Positions 32,367 through 41,768 are shown, numbered from the stretch's first letter. The stretch: DNA of 64,000 bases from Microgenomates group bacterium (GCA_049303675.1 JBAQNJ010000001.1:747569-811568), one strand, 5' to 3'. A program made the numbers and translations. The notes: generated by a model not told the origin, from the letters alone.

Positions 32367-33247
32367 TGGAATACCACGTTCCAGTACTGCTTCACGAAGC
32401 GATCAACCTCCTTGACATAAAACACGGGCAAATATATCTCGATTGTACCCTTGGTAACGGTGGTCACACTCAAGAGATATTGAAAAGAGGTGGAATTGTC
32501 TATGGTATCGACAATGATCCCCACAATTTAGAAATAGCCATTGACCGAATTAAGACTAGTGGTCTATCTACCAATTTTCATCCCATAAAAGATAACTTTG
32601 GCAATTTACTGGAAATAATAAATAAAAACCATCTCACCAAAATTGCTGGAGTCCTCATCGACCTTGGTCTCAGCTCCAATCAACAAAAAAGCAGTCAGCG
32701 CGGCTTTTCCTTCAACGACGAATTATCCCTCGACATGCGTCTTGATCCTCAAACTCAAACCTTGACCGCTGAGGAAATAATAAATACCTATTCCTATGAC
32801 CAACTCTACGAAATCTTTACCAAACTTGCTCAAGAAACTCAGAGCAAGCCATTAATTATCAGAATAATCTCTGCTCGGCAGAAGGAGCCCATCCGCTCCG
32901 GACACAAATTATCCCAGATAGTCCGAGATTATTATCAGTCACGTCATATTCATCCCAAAACTGACCCCAGCACCAAAATATTTATGGCCCTGAGAATCTA
33001 TGTCAACTCCGAGTTTGAAAACTTAAAAAAAATACTCTTAGACTCTCTAGAATTGACCGGAACCCAAGTTGTTATTATTTCCTTCCACTCCGGCGAAGAC
33101 AGAATTGTTAAAAACTTCATTAGAGTAAATACCCAGTCTCATCTCATCGACAATCTCACCCCCAAAGCCATTACTCCGACCCTATCAGAAATACACCAAA
33201 ACAATCTCTCCCGCTCAGCAGTCCTCCGATCGTATAAAATATTGTAA
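32366..33247 (+). CDS. rsmH: 16S rRNA (cytosine1402-N4)-methyltransferase
   Basis: MEYHVPVLL.E.I..L....G.Y.D.T.G.GGH start; first gene of dcw cluster. Confidence 0.9.
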   Translation: MEYHVPVLLHEAINLLDIKHGQIYLDCTLGNGGHTQEILKRGGIVYGIDNDPHNLEIAIDRIKTSGLSTNFHPIKDNFGNLLEIINKNHLTKIAGVLIDLGLSSNQQKSSQRGFSFNDELSLDMRLDPQTQTLTAEEIINTYSYDQLYEIFTKLAQETQSKPLIIRIISARQKEPIRSGHKLSQIVRDYYQSRHIHPKTDPSTKIFMALRIYVNSEFENLKKILLDSLELTGTQVVIISFHSGEDRIVKNFIRVNTQSHLIDNLTPKAITPTLSEIHQNNLSRSAVLRSYKIL

Positions 33248-33501
33248 TGACCAACATCGTCTTAGTTCTCTTGGCCTCAGCTACCTTTTTAGTCCAGATA
33301 GCCTATTCTATTTATTACTCAATTAAAGTAGTTGACCTCAGTAGCCTAGTCAATTCTACTCAACAACAGATAAACACAGATCAAATTACTCTCCAAAGAG
33401 AAAAAACACTGTATTTAAGCAGAAATTCCCTCCCTTTTATAATTGACCAAATAAAAGCCAAACACTACCTTCCTTTATCCCATAAAATTGACATCAAATG
33501 A
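33247..33501 (+). CDS. ftsL: FtsL-like small membrane division protein
   Basis: 84 aa, N-terminal TM, sits between rsmH and ftsI. Confidence 0.4.
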   Translation: MTNIVLVLLASATFLVQIAYSIYYSIKVVDLSSLVNSTQQQINTDQITLQREKTLYLSRNSLPFIIDQIKAKHYLPLSHKIDIK

Positions 33502-35099
33502 TAAATTCTGTCAACCGATCAAAAACAGTCCTACTTACCATTGGGTTATGTTATTTTTTGGTGACAGCAAAATTCTTTTATACCCAAATAGTTCGCTATA
33601 CCTCCCAGAGCAATTTTCTTACCTCCCAAAGTTATAAAACTACCACCGTCAAACCCGAAAGCGGCAGCATCCTCAGTTCCGACGGATCAACTTTATTAAC
33701 ATTTCAAACAGTCTACAAGGTCAGTCTCTATAAACCAGATCTTACCACCCAGCTAGAGCTATTGCCTCAAGTCCTCACCACTATCAACCCAGATATCAAC
33801 CCTGCCGACTTAGATAAAATAGATAAATTTATCACCAACATCAAACTAAAGTGGATAAACCTCTCCAGCATTTTTACTCAAGAACAAATAAACAACCTCC
33901 ATGATCCCGGTATTGTCAGTGAAAAATACAATCAACCAGTTTATCCCGAAGATAGTATTGGTAAGCTTTTCCTAAACGAGCACTCCTTACAATCACACTA
34001 CAAAAGAGAGCTATTTGGCAAGGTAGGCTTTTCTTGGGAAAGCAAAGATGCTGTTGGCCAGACAGTTTTATCTCATCCCAGTTGGATAATTGACCCAATC
34101 AACGGCCAAAATATTTCCACCCAAGTCAATCGACAGATTCAGTATCTAGTCGAAGACACTTTATCACAAGGCATTCACAACTTTTCCGCTGACTCAGGAG
34201 AAATATTAATTCTAAACCCTCAAAGTGGTGGCATCATTGCCATGAGTGCCTTAACTGCGTCAGCCAGTAGCGAGAGTTCCAACAGTGCCACCTATTTCAA
34301 CAATCCTATTATCTCCAATCTCTTTGAGCCAGGATCTATCATCAAACCCTTAATTATGGCAGCTGCCCTAGATTCTGGTTCAATTGATTCCAATTATATT
34401 TGTCAAAAATGCGACCGCCCCATACAAATAGGTGGATATTCCATCAGTAATTGGGACAGTTCATTTCACCCTCAAACAGATCTCCGAGACATCATCAAAA
34501 ATTCCGACAATATTGGCATGAGCTATATTATGGAAAGCATGGGTTACGACAGGTTTATAAAATACTTTAACCTGCTTGGTTTTGACAAAAAGACCAATAT
34601 CGATCTGCCCAACGAAACTAGGCCTATTGTCAAAACTTATTGGCCAGAAATAGACCTCGCCACTGCTTCGTTTGGCCAAGGATTTGCCGTCACTCAAATC
34701 CAAATGCTCACTGCCTTCAATACACTAGCCAATCAGGGTCAAAGAGTAAGTCCCCATTTTAACAACAACTACCCGCTGCAAACCGTAAAAATATACCAAC
34801 CTGAGACAGTTGAGGCAGTCAACCATATTCTCCAGTATTCTGTCGAAAATGGCGCGGTAGCTAAATTCAAACCAGCTAATCTGGAAGTCTGTGGAAAAAG
34901 TGGTACTTCACAGGTTGCCGTAAAAGGCGGCTACTCTGATACTTCCACAATTGCCTCCTATATCGGCTTTAGTCCCTGTCAAAACCCCCTTTTTACCATG
35001 ATTGTCACTATCCACAACCCTCGAACCTCACCTTGGGGCTCCAGTACTGCTGCTCCGATATGGTATGAATTAGCTTCGAAAATACCTTCTCTGCTATAA
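33498..35099 (+). CDS. ftsI: penicillin-binding protein (transpeptidase), FtsI/PBP2-like
   Basis: SxxK (SIIK), SDN, KSGT motifs in the correct order. Confidence 0.85.
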   Translation: MINSVNRSKTVLLTIGLCYFLVTAKFFYTQIVRYTSQSNFLTSQSYKTTTVKPESGSILSSDGSTLLTFQTVYKVSLYKPDLTTQLELLPQVLTTINPDINPADLDKIDKFITNIKLKWINLSSIFTQEQINNLHDPGIVSEKYNQPVYPEDSIGKLFLNEHSLQSHYKRELFGKVGFSWESKDAVGQTVLSHPSWIIDPINGQNISTQVNRQIQYLVEDTLSQGIHNFSADSGEILILNPQSGGIIAMSALTASASSESSNSATYFNNPIISNLFEPGSIIKPLIMAAALDSGSIDSNYICQKCDRPIQIGGYSISNWDSSFHPQTDLRDIIKNSDNIGMSYIMESMGYDRFIKYFNLLGFDKKTNIDLPNETRPIVKTYWPEIDLATASFGQGFAVTQIQMLTAFNTLANQGQRVSPHFNNNYPLQTVKIYQPETVEAVNHILQYSVENGAVAKFKPANLEVCGKSGTSQVAVKGGYSDTSTIASYIGFSPCQNPLFTMIVTIHNPRTSPWGSSTAAPIWYELASKIPSLL

Positions 35100-35110
35100 T
35101 TACATGCGAA

Positions 35111-36376
35111 ATGATATCCAAAACCCCTAAAATATTTTTCCAAAAAATTAAAAATATATTTTGGCATCTGCCCAAAAGTTTTTTTTATAACATTTATTTT
35201 GGTCAACCCTCAAAAAAACTTATCTTGATTGGTGTCACCGGCACCGATGGCAAGACCACCACCGTTAACTTAATTCATCAGACTCTACTTCAATGCGGAA
35301 TCAAGGCCGGTGCTATTTCCACCCTCGGCGCCAAGATCGGCGACAGAAATATCAGTGTAGGCTTACACACTACTTCTCCTGATCCTAAAAAGGTTAATCA
35401 GATATTTCAAGCCATGATCGAAGAGGGGATAACTCATGTTGTTGTCGAAGTTACCGCTCACGCCTTAGACCAATTTAGATTTTTTGGCTGCTACTTTCAG
35501 GTATCTGTTCTCACCAACACTTCCCACGAACATCTTGATGACTTTTATGACTTGAATCGCTATATCGCTACAAAGGCCAAGCTTTTTTCTCAATCAAACA
35601 TAACAATTCTCAACAAAGATGATCCTTCATATAATTCCATCTCTAAGTTATCTTTACAAAATGTAAAGACCTATGGCACCCACCCCAAAAATGATTATTT
35701 AGCCACCAATATCAAGCTAACCAAATCAAAACTAATCTTTAAAATAAACAATCTCCCAGTTAGTACCAATAGTAATTATTTATATCAGGTTCACAACATT
35801 TTGGCGACATTTGGAGTTATTGATTCTCTTGGACTACCGATTGCCGCTCTGATCGAGATTATCAAGGACTTTCCCGCCATGAAGGGTCGCCGTGAAAATA
35901 TCCCCAATGATTATAAAATTAATTGCCTAGTTGATTTCGCTCACACCCCAGCCGCACTCAAGTCAACTCTAGAGACAATCAAGCAAATCACTTCTGGAAA
36001 ATGCATCGTTATTTTTGGCGCCACTGGCGGTCGTGATCCCAGCAAACGCCCCCTAATGGGACAAGTAGTCTCCGAAACAGCCGATATCGCTATTATCACC
36101 GCCGATGATACCCGCAACGAAAAAGTTGAGGATATAAACCGACAAATAATTAGTGGTATTGGCCAACCCAAAAATAAAAAATTTATCTATTACGATATCC
36201 CCAATCGGCAAGATGCCTTCAACCTAGCTGTCAAACTCGCCGCCAAAGGAGATACCATTATCGCCTGTGGTAAAGGCCATGAAACCACTATCCTTCACGG
36301 ACACACCGAATACCCATGGTCAGAAGCCGAAGCGTTTAGGACTGCCCTCCGTTATCGATTTGCCAACAATGCCTAA
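35111..36376 (+). CDS. murE: UDP-N-acetylmuramoyl-tripeptide ligase MurE (short form)
   Basis: GVTGTDGKTTT P-loop, Mur ligase middle and C domains. Confidence 0.75.
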   Translation: MISKTPKIFFQKIKNIFWHLPKSFFYNIYFGQPSKKLILIGVTGTDGKTTTVNLIHQTLLQCGIKAGAISTLGAKIGDRNISVGLHTTSPDPKKVNQIFQAMIEEGITHVVVEVTAHALDQFRFFGCYFQVSVLTNTSHEHLDDFYDLNRYIATKAKLFSQSNITILNKDDPSYNSISKLSLQNVKTYGTHPKNDYLATNIKLTKSKLIFKINNLPVSTNSNYLYQVHNILATFGVIDSLGLPIAALIEIIKDFPAMKGRRENIPNDYKINCLVDFAHTPAALKSTLETIKQITSGKCIVIFGATGGRDPSKRPLMGQVVSETADIAIITADDTRNEKVEDINRQIISGIGQPKNKKFIYYDIPNRQDAFNLAVKLAAKGDTIIACGKGHETTILHGHTEYPWSEAEAFRTALRYRFANNA

Positions 36377-36956
36377 ATTTAATCTTAGTACTAGCGACTC
36401 TATTGAAAAAAACTACGAGAGGGGATTGTTGCCTCAACGTAATAATAAAGATAAATTTTACTTTGATTCCAGCAGTCGCAGTAATCTGGCCGACTTTTCG
36501 CTATCCTCAGAAAACAAAAGAATTATAAACAAAACTGAAAATTTTGCCTATAAATCACTACCACTATCATCATTAAACTTTGACCTTTTTCTTCAAAAAC
36601 AATTATATAAGTGGATAAAAGAATTAGACTGGTCGTTTCCCATTAGTTCAGTAAAAATTATATTCAATAACCATATATTCAACCATGTTGATATATGGTA
36701 TGACAAAGATATTCCCATCGCTTACCTTATATCGTATATCGACAAAAATATTACACACGCAGCTTATTTATTTTACGATTCAAAATATTCTCACGGAAAT
36801 TTACCAATTAGAATTGTATTACAGTTTGTAATAGATTCCCAAAAACAGGATAAAAAATATTGTTATCTAGGACGTTTCTCTAAAGAAATAGGTTTTTATA
36901 AACGCAACATGCCCAATTTTGAATATTTTAAGGACAACCAATGGCTAAAATATTAA
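36369..36956 (+). CDS. Ate1/Bpt C-terminal-domain (ATE_C, GNAT-fold) aminoacyl-tRNA--protein transferase-like protein
   Basis: AAYLFYDSKYSHGNL and YCYLGRFSKEIGFYKRNMPNFEYF match the ATE_C hallmark blocks; ATG at 36369 adopted (ORF-track start overlaps murE). Confidence 0.45.
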   Translation: MPKFNLSTSDSIEKNYERGLLPQRNNKDKFYFDSSSRSNLADFSLSSENKRIINKTENFAYKSLPLSSLNFDLFLQKQLYKWIKELDWSFPISSVKIIFNNHIFNHVDIWYDKDIPIAYLISYIDKNITHAAYLFYDSKYSHGNLPIRIVLQFVIDSQKQDKKYCYLGRFSKEIGFYKRNMPNFEYFKDNQWLKY

Positions 36957-38194
36957 ACATCCACATACTTGGACTCGCCGGTGTCATGACCGCTCCTTTG
37001 GCCCAAGCATTAATTAAATTAGGCCACAAGGTTACTGGTAGTGATCAGCAAAACATTTACCCTCCCATCAGTAATCTGATTTCCAACATACCTTTAAACC
37101 AGCCACTCGGAGCAATTGATTTAGTCATTGTCGGTTCATCATATAAATCATTCAAAATATGCCAAGAGCAGTTTATAGAAATTAAGAAAAAAAATATTCC
37201 ATATATCAGCGCTACTCAATATTTGGCTCAAAATTTAATTAAAAAGGAATCAATATTAGTTGCCGGTTCATACGGCAAAACTACTACTACTGCGCTACTC
37301 GCATGGCTCATGCCATCTGCAAATTATTTTTTTGGGGGAACAGCTATTGATAATTTTCCCTCAATTAACTTGTCAGATTCACAGTGGTCTATAGTCGAAG
37401 CTGATGAATCCATCAATGGCCTAGATCAACAGGCGAAATTTCTTTATTATCCAGTTAAGTATTTGATTCTCACCAGTGCCCAGTGGGAACATAAAGAATC
37501 CTATAAATCCGTTGAAGATAATTTTCAAGCCTACAAAAAACTTATTCAAAATATACCCCCAGACGGACTCCTAATATACAATCCAACTGATGCTGATATC
37601 CAAAAGCTTTTACCCTATTGCAAGGCTAAAACAATTCATTATGAAAAAAAAGTATTTGATACCAAATTAATTGGTCAACATAATCAACAAAATATTTCTG
37701 CTGTTTTTACTTTATCTAAATATCTGAACATTCCATTTGATATTTCCCGATTTTCCGGCATCAGACGACGATTAGAAATTATTTCCGATAAAGATGATAT
37801 TTTAATAATCGATGATTTTGCCCAATCCGCCGACAGAGTCAAGTCTGCCCTAGAAGCCGTCAAATTTTCCTATCCCCACCGTCGGATTGTTATTTATTTT
37901 GAGCCTCACGCCACCTTTCTCCGAAATCAACAGAGCCTCCAACCATTCAAATTCATCACCGATTTCTGTGATGAATTTATCTTAGGGAAAATTATTTTTT
38001 CCCCAGATATCAAACCTCGTGTCACCGCCAAAGATTGGCAAAATATTATTGGCAGCCAGATGAAATACTTACCTCTATATGATGATGTTTTACATTATCT
38101 AAAACAAAGTTTGCACCCTCGGGATATCCTCATCCATTTTAGTTCTGGTGGACTAGATGGACTCAACACTCTCAAAAAAGTTTATAATAATTAA
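36941..38194 (+). CDS. murC: Mur ligase, MurC/Mpl-like
   Basis: HILGLAGVMTAPLAQALIKLGHKVTGSD N-domain typical of MurC/Mpl, GSYGKTTTT P-loop. Confidence 0.65.
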   Translation: MAKILNIHILGLAGVMTAPLAQALIKLGHKVTGSDQQNIYPPISNLISNIPLNQPLGAIDLVIVGSSYKSFKICQEQFIEIKKKNIPYISATQYLAQNLIKKESILVAGSYGKTTTTALLAWLMPSANYFFGGTAIDNFPSINLSDSQWSIVEADESINGLDQQAKFLYYPVKYLILTSAQWEHKESYKSVEDNFQAYKKLIQNIPPDGLLIYNPTDADIQKLLPYCKAKTIHYEKKVFDTKLIGQHNQQNISAVFTLSKYLNIPFDISRFSGIRRRLEIISDKDDILIIDDFAQSADRVKSALEAVKFSYPHRRIVIYFEPHATFLRNQQSLQPFKFITDFCDEFILGKIIFSPDIKPRVTAKDWQNIIGSQMKYLPLYDDVLHYLKQSLHPRDILIHFSSGGLDGLNTLKKVYNN

Positions 38195-38197
38195 CAC

Positions 38198-39232
38198 ATG
38201 ATTCATTTATACCTTGGCCTACTCTTATTTTCATTTCTGACCAATAGTATTTTGGTTGTTCCCTTTATTAATTTACTCTATCGACTAAAATTCCAACGCC
38301 AATCCCAAAACACACTCGATTTTCAAAACAAACACACCACTATATTTGACAAATTTCACAGTCAAAAATCGGGGACTCCAGTTGGCGGGGGATTACTCAT
38401 AATTAGCACGGTCTCAGTTTTATTCCTCCTCTTATTCCCTATACTTCGATTTTCCAATATTTACATCTCCAGCAATTATAAAATTTCCCAAGAAATTACT
38501 ATCATCTTTTTTACTTTTATCAGCTTTGCCGTCCTCGGGTTATATGACGATGTTCTCAAATTCTTCAATTTTAGTAAGTCCGGATTTTTTGGACTGAGAA
38601 TGATGCACAAATTAACTCTTCAGATATTATTATCGTTATTTATTTCACTCTACTTATATATCAACTTGGGGATCAATTTTGTTTATGTCCCCTTTGTCGG
38701 GGCCGTGAGTTTGTCCTGGCTGGCAGTGCCACTCTATACCTTAATTATTGCCACTTTTGCCAACTTCTTTAACATTAGTGATGGCTTAGATGGATTATCC
38801 TGCGGCCTATTGATGATCGCTCTCTTTGCCTTTTGGTTCTTATCCAATACTTCGCTCGACACTCCTATTTCCCTATTTCTCGCCTTGTGGATAGGCGCCT
38901 TAATTGCTTTTCTCTACTTTAATGTCTACCCCGCCAGAATTTGGCTGGGCGATGTTGGCTCACTATCGTTTGGGGCCACCTTTGCCCTAATTGCCATTAT
39001 CTTAGGCAAACTCGTCCCTCTAATAATAGTTGGCTCACCTTTTATTGTCGAAGGATTGAGTAGTGCCCTCCAAATATTTAGTAAAACTTATTTTCACAAA
39101 AAGATATTCCCAGCAGCACCCATCCATCTAACTCTCCAAAAAAAGGGCTGGGAAGAGCCCAAAATAGTTTTCCGAGCCTGGCTGGCAGGGATTATATTAG
39201 CAATTTTTGGCCTATGGTTGGGACTAAGCTAA
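38198..39232 (+). CDS. mraY: phospho-N-acetylmuramoyl-pentapeptide transferase
   Basis: DD..K, NFFNISDGLDGL, polytopic. Confidence 0.9.
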   Translation: MIHLYLGLLLFSFLTNSILVVPFINLLYRLKFQRQSQNTLDFQNKHTTIFDKFHSQKSGTPVGGGLLIISTVSVLFLLLFPILRFSNIYISSNYKISQEITIIFFTFISFAVLGLYDDVLKFFNFSKSGFFGLRMMHKLTLQILLSLFISLYLYINLGINFVYVPFVGAVSLSWLAVPLYTLIIATFANFFNISDGLDGLSCGLLMIALFAFWFLSNTSLDTPISLFLALWIGALIAFLYFNVYPARIWLGDVGSLSFGATFALIAIILGKLVPLIIVGSPFIVEGLSSALQIFSKTYFHKKIFPAAPIHLTLQKKGWEEPKIVFRAWLAGIILAIFGLWLGLS

Positions 39233-39744
39233 ACGACGAGATCACCAAGTATTTGGGCATACCCTATTTTACCAACAAGGGTAAATATCAAAACTCAGGT
39301 GAAAATGTTTTTGTGGGCAAGGGCAGCGCCCGAGAGATTGCTCTAGCCACGATTGATCTCGCCAATCAACAAAATATCAAGTTACTTAATCTCAGCGCCT
39401 CACAAATCCACAATTTTCAGCAGAAAAATCACTTGGGTATCGACTGTTCCGGATTGGTATGCCATCTCTTAGATCTGAATGTAAATGTCCGTCGAACATC
39501 AGCCGATATGCTCACTTCTCCTCCCTTGGCTCAACCTGTAAACCAGCCCCAAACAGGGGATTTGATTCGCCAAAAAGATGGCGGCCACGTATTATTAGTT
39601 TTATCTATCAATAAAAATATCATTACCTATATACATTCATCCCGAGCAACTCATGGAGTTGTGGTGGAGTCAAAAAACATCACTTTAATTCCCCATCAGG
39701 GAATATGGAGAATTACTTCTCCTCAACTAGCTCACGATAAGTAA
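39214..39744 (+). CDS. NlpC/P60 (C40) family cell-wall peptidase
   Basis: catalytic Cys in IDCSGLVCHLL, His in GGHVLLVL, third polar residue downstream. Confidence 0.55.
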   Translation: MVGTKLNDEITKYLGIPYFTNKGKYQNSGENVFVGKGSAREIALATIDLANQQNIKLLNLSASQIHNFQQKNHLGIDCSGLVCHLLDLNVNVRRTSADMLTSPPLAQPVNQPQTGDLIRQKDGGHVLLVLSINKNIITYIHSSRATHGVVVESKNITLIPHQGIWRITSPQLAHDK

Positions 39745-39880
39745 TTGGAGAAAGTGATTGGATCTCAACTTCTGTTCCACATTCACCGCATTCCAGAATA
39801 TCACCCACCACCATTCCCTCAATTGGGACAATTTCCGCATTACAATCGGGACACATTATCTTGACATTCGCATCATCCAT
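39713..39880 (-). CDS. LysW-like CxxC...CxxC zinc-ribbon protein (55 aa), not in ORF track
   Basis: manual translation MDDANVKIMCPDCNAEIVPIEGMVVGDILECGECGTEVEIQSLSPITYRELVEEK; fits LysW/amino-group carrier ribbon pattern CP.C...I......G.I.EC..CG.E.E. Confidence 0.35.
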   Translation of the reverse strand: MDDANVKIMCPDCNAEIVPIEGMVVGDILECGECGTEVEIQSLSPITYRELVEEK

Positions 39881-39912
39881 AAATTTTAGTTAAAATATAA
39901 TTACTCTATTAT

Positions 39913-40665
39913 ATGACACCTCTAGAACAATTTGGCCTAGTATTTCTTAAACGTGAAGATAAAAATATAACCGGCTCAGCCAAAGACCGTGCTATTGATC
40001 TTCAGACAAACCAAAAAATGACTCACGCCGTCATTTCCTCAACCGGCAATGCGGCTATTTCCGCCCAATATTTTTGTCACTTAAAAAATATCCAGCTGAC
40101 TACTTTTATTTCACCTAAAACTAGCCTCCAAAAGATAAAACTCATTGATAATCCGATTGTTACCGATAAACCAATATCAGAATCTTTCAAATTTTCCAAA
40201 AAAAATCACTCTTATTTATTACGCCAATCAACTGACCCCATTGCTTTACTGGGCTATCAAAAGATCGGCCAAGAAATTATTGTTCAATGTCCCCTAATAA
40301 CTAGCCTATTTATTGCTGTAGGTAGTGGCACCACTTTATTGGGCATCTCTCAGGCCCTACCAAAATCAGTCAAAATATTTGCAGTTCAACCAGCATCACA
40401 CTGCCCAATAGCTTCTCATTTTGACAAAGATTTCCAACCAGAGTCGATGACTATTACCGACGCCCTCAACACCAAATTATTACCCCTAAAACAAAAGGTT
40501 ATTGATGCTTGTTTTTCGGGAGTTGTTGTCCAAAACAAAGACATTCTCCCCACAATTGATACTTCAGCCGAAGGCAACCTCGCTTATGCTGGTTACCTCA
40601 AAGCCAAAACTAGGCACCAACTCGGTAACTATCCCGTTATAGTTTTGACCGGTACCCAGCGATGA
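39913..40665 (+). CDS. truncated PLP-dependent enzyme, Trp-synthase-beta (PALP) superfamily, threonine-synthase-like
   Basis: K.EDKN.TGSAKDRA (PLP lysine), SSTGNAA, GSGTTLLG glycine loop, VIVLTGTQ C-terminus; only 250 aa. Confidence 0.55.
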   Translation: MTPLEQFGLVFLKREDKNITGSAKDRAIDLQTNQKMTHAVISSTGNAAISAQYFCHLKNIQLTTFISPKTSLQKIKLIDNPIVTDKPISESFKFSKKNHSYLLRQSTDPIALLGYQKIGQEIIVQCPLITSLFIAVGSGTTLLGISQALPKSVKIFAVQPASHCPIASHFDKDFQPESMTITDALNTKLLPLKQKVIDACFSGVVVQNKDILPTIDTSAEGNLAYAGYLKAKTRHQLGNYPVIVLTGTQR

Positions 40666-41768
40666 CCCCACTTGAAAACCACCTCAACTCACTTCCTTAT
40701 ATTTTCTACTTCTTAGTAGTTGATCCATATCTCGACATCAGTTTGCCCGATCTTTCCAATTTTATATCCATCTCACCTCAAAAACTTGGCATTACTCTTG
40801 ACCAAAAAAATTCCGGTCGACTCTTATCCCATCCCCTATGTTTGGATTTCATTAAGAAAAACACCCCCTCAGGATTCGTTCCGGCTATTATTCCCTTCAA
40901 ACCTTCTCCCAAAATTGATTTGATTTGTACCCAAAATAATTGGGTCAAAATAAGCAATCCCAGTTCAACCAACCGCTACTTTGAAGATAAAATAATATTC
41001 GCCGATCTCTTAGATAAACAGGGCATTTCTCACCTTCCTCATCTTATCAGTACTTTTAACCACCAAAACTATCACCAAATTCAACAAAAATTTGGCCAAC
41101 ATCTGGTAATTCAAACCCATTTTGGTTGGGCTGGAAATAGCTCCTACCTTAGCCATGATTTTAACGATATCAATAGCAAAATAGTTGACGGCACTCCCAT
41201 AAAAGCCTCGCCTTTTTTTCAGGGGATTTCCCTAATTAATAACTGTTGCCTAATTGACAATCAACTTATTCAAAGTCCTCCTGGGCTACAGTTCACCGGC
41301 CACCCGCTCTTAACTGACAACCCTCTGGCTACAGTCGGGCGACAATGGCCCTCGCATACTCCTGCCAATATCAACCAACAGCTTTTTGACATCACTACTA
41401 ATTTTTCAAAAATATTATCTAGTCATAAATATAAAGGTTTTTTTGGACTCGATTTTTTTGTCAGCCAGGACAAAGTTTATCTCCTCGAGTGTAATCCCCG
41501 CCTTACCGCCTCATTTGCCTTTTATACTCAAATTGAGCAAAAAAATCAGCTAGATCCATTATTTTATTACCACCTACTTTCCTTTTTGCCTCAAAATTTC
41601 TATTACCCCTCGTTCGATCGTTTTAACAACAACCTAGTTGGCGCCCAGTTGACTAAAAAAAATTCGCAGGGAGCTACCGTCGAGAAATTCGAAGACCTAG
41701 TCGATATCTGCCCAACGGGTGACCCCCATACCATCTCCCCAGAGTATGTTGAAAAACTAACCAAATGA
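40662..41768 (+). CDS. ATP-grasp family ligase (non-Ddl type)
   Basis: GFFGLDFFVSQDKVYLLECNPRLTAS C-terminal ATP-grasp signature. Confidence 0.55.
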   Translation: MTPLENHLNSLPYIFYFLVVDPYLDISLPDLSNFISISPQKLGITLDQKNSGRLLSHPLCLDFIKKNTPSGFVPAIIPFKPSPKIDLICTQNNWVKISNPSSTNRYFEDKIIFADLLDKQGISHLPHLISTFNHQNYHQIQQKFGQHLVIQTHFGWAGNSSYLSHDFNDINSKIVDGTPIKASPFFQGISLINNCCLIDNQLIQSPPGLQFTGHPLLTDNPLATVGRQWPSHTPANINQQLFDITTNFSKILSSHKYKGFFGLDFFVSQDKVYLLECNPRLTASFAFYTQIEQKNQLDPLFYYHLLSFLPQNFYYPSFDRFNNNLVGAQLTKKNSQGATVEKFEDLVDICPTGDPHTISPEYVEKLTK

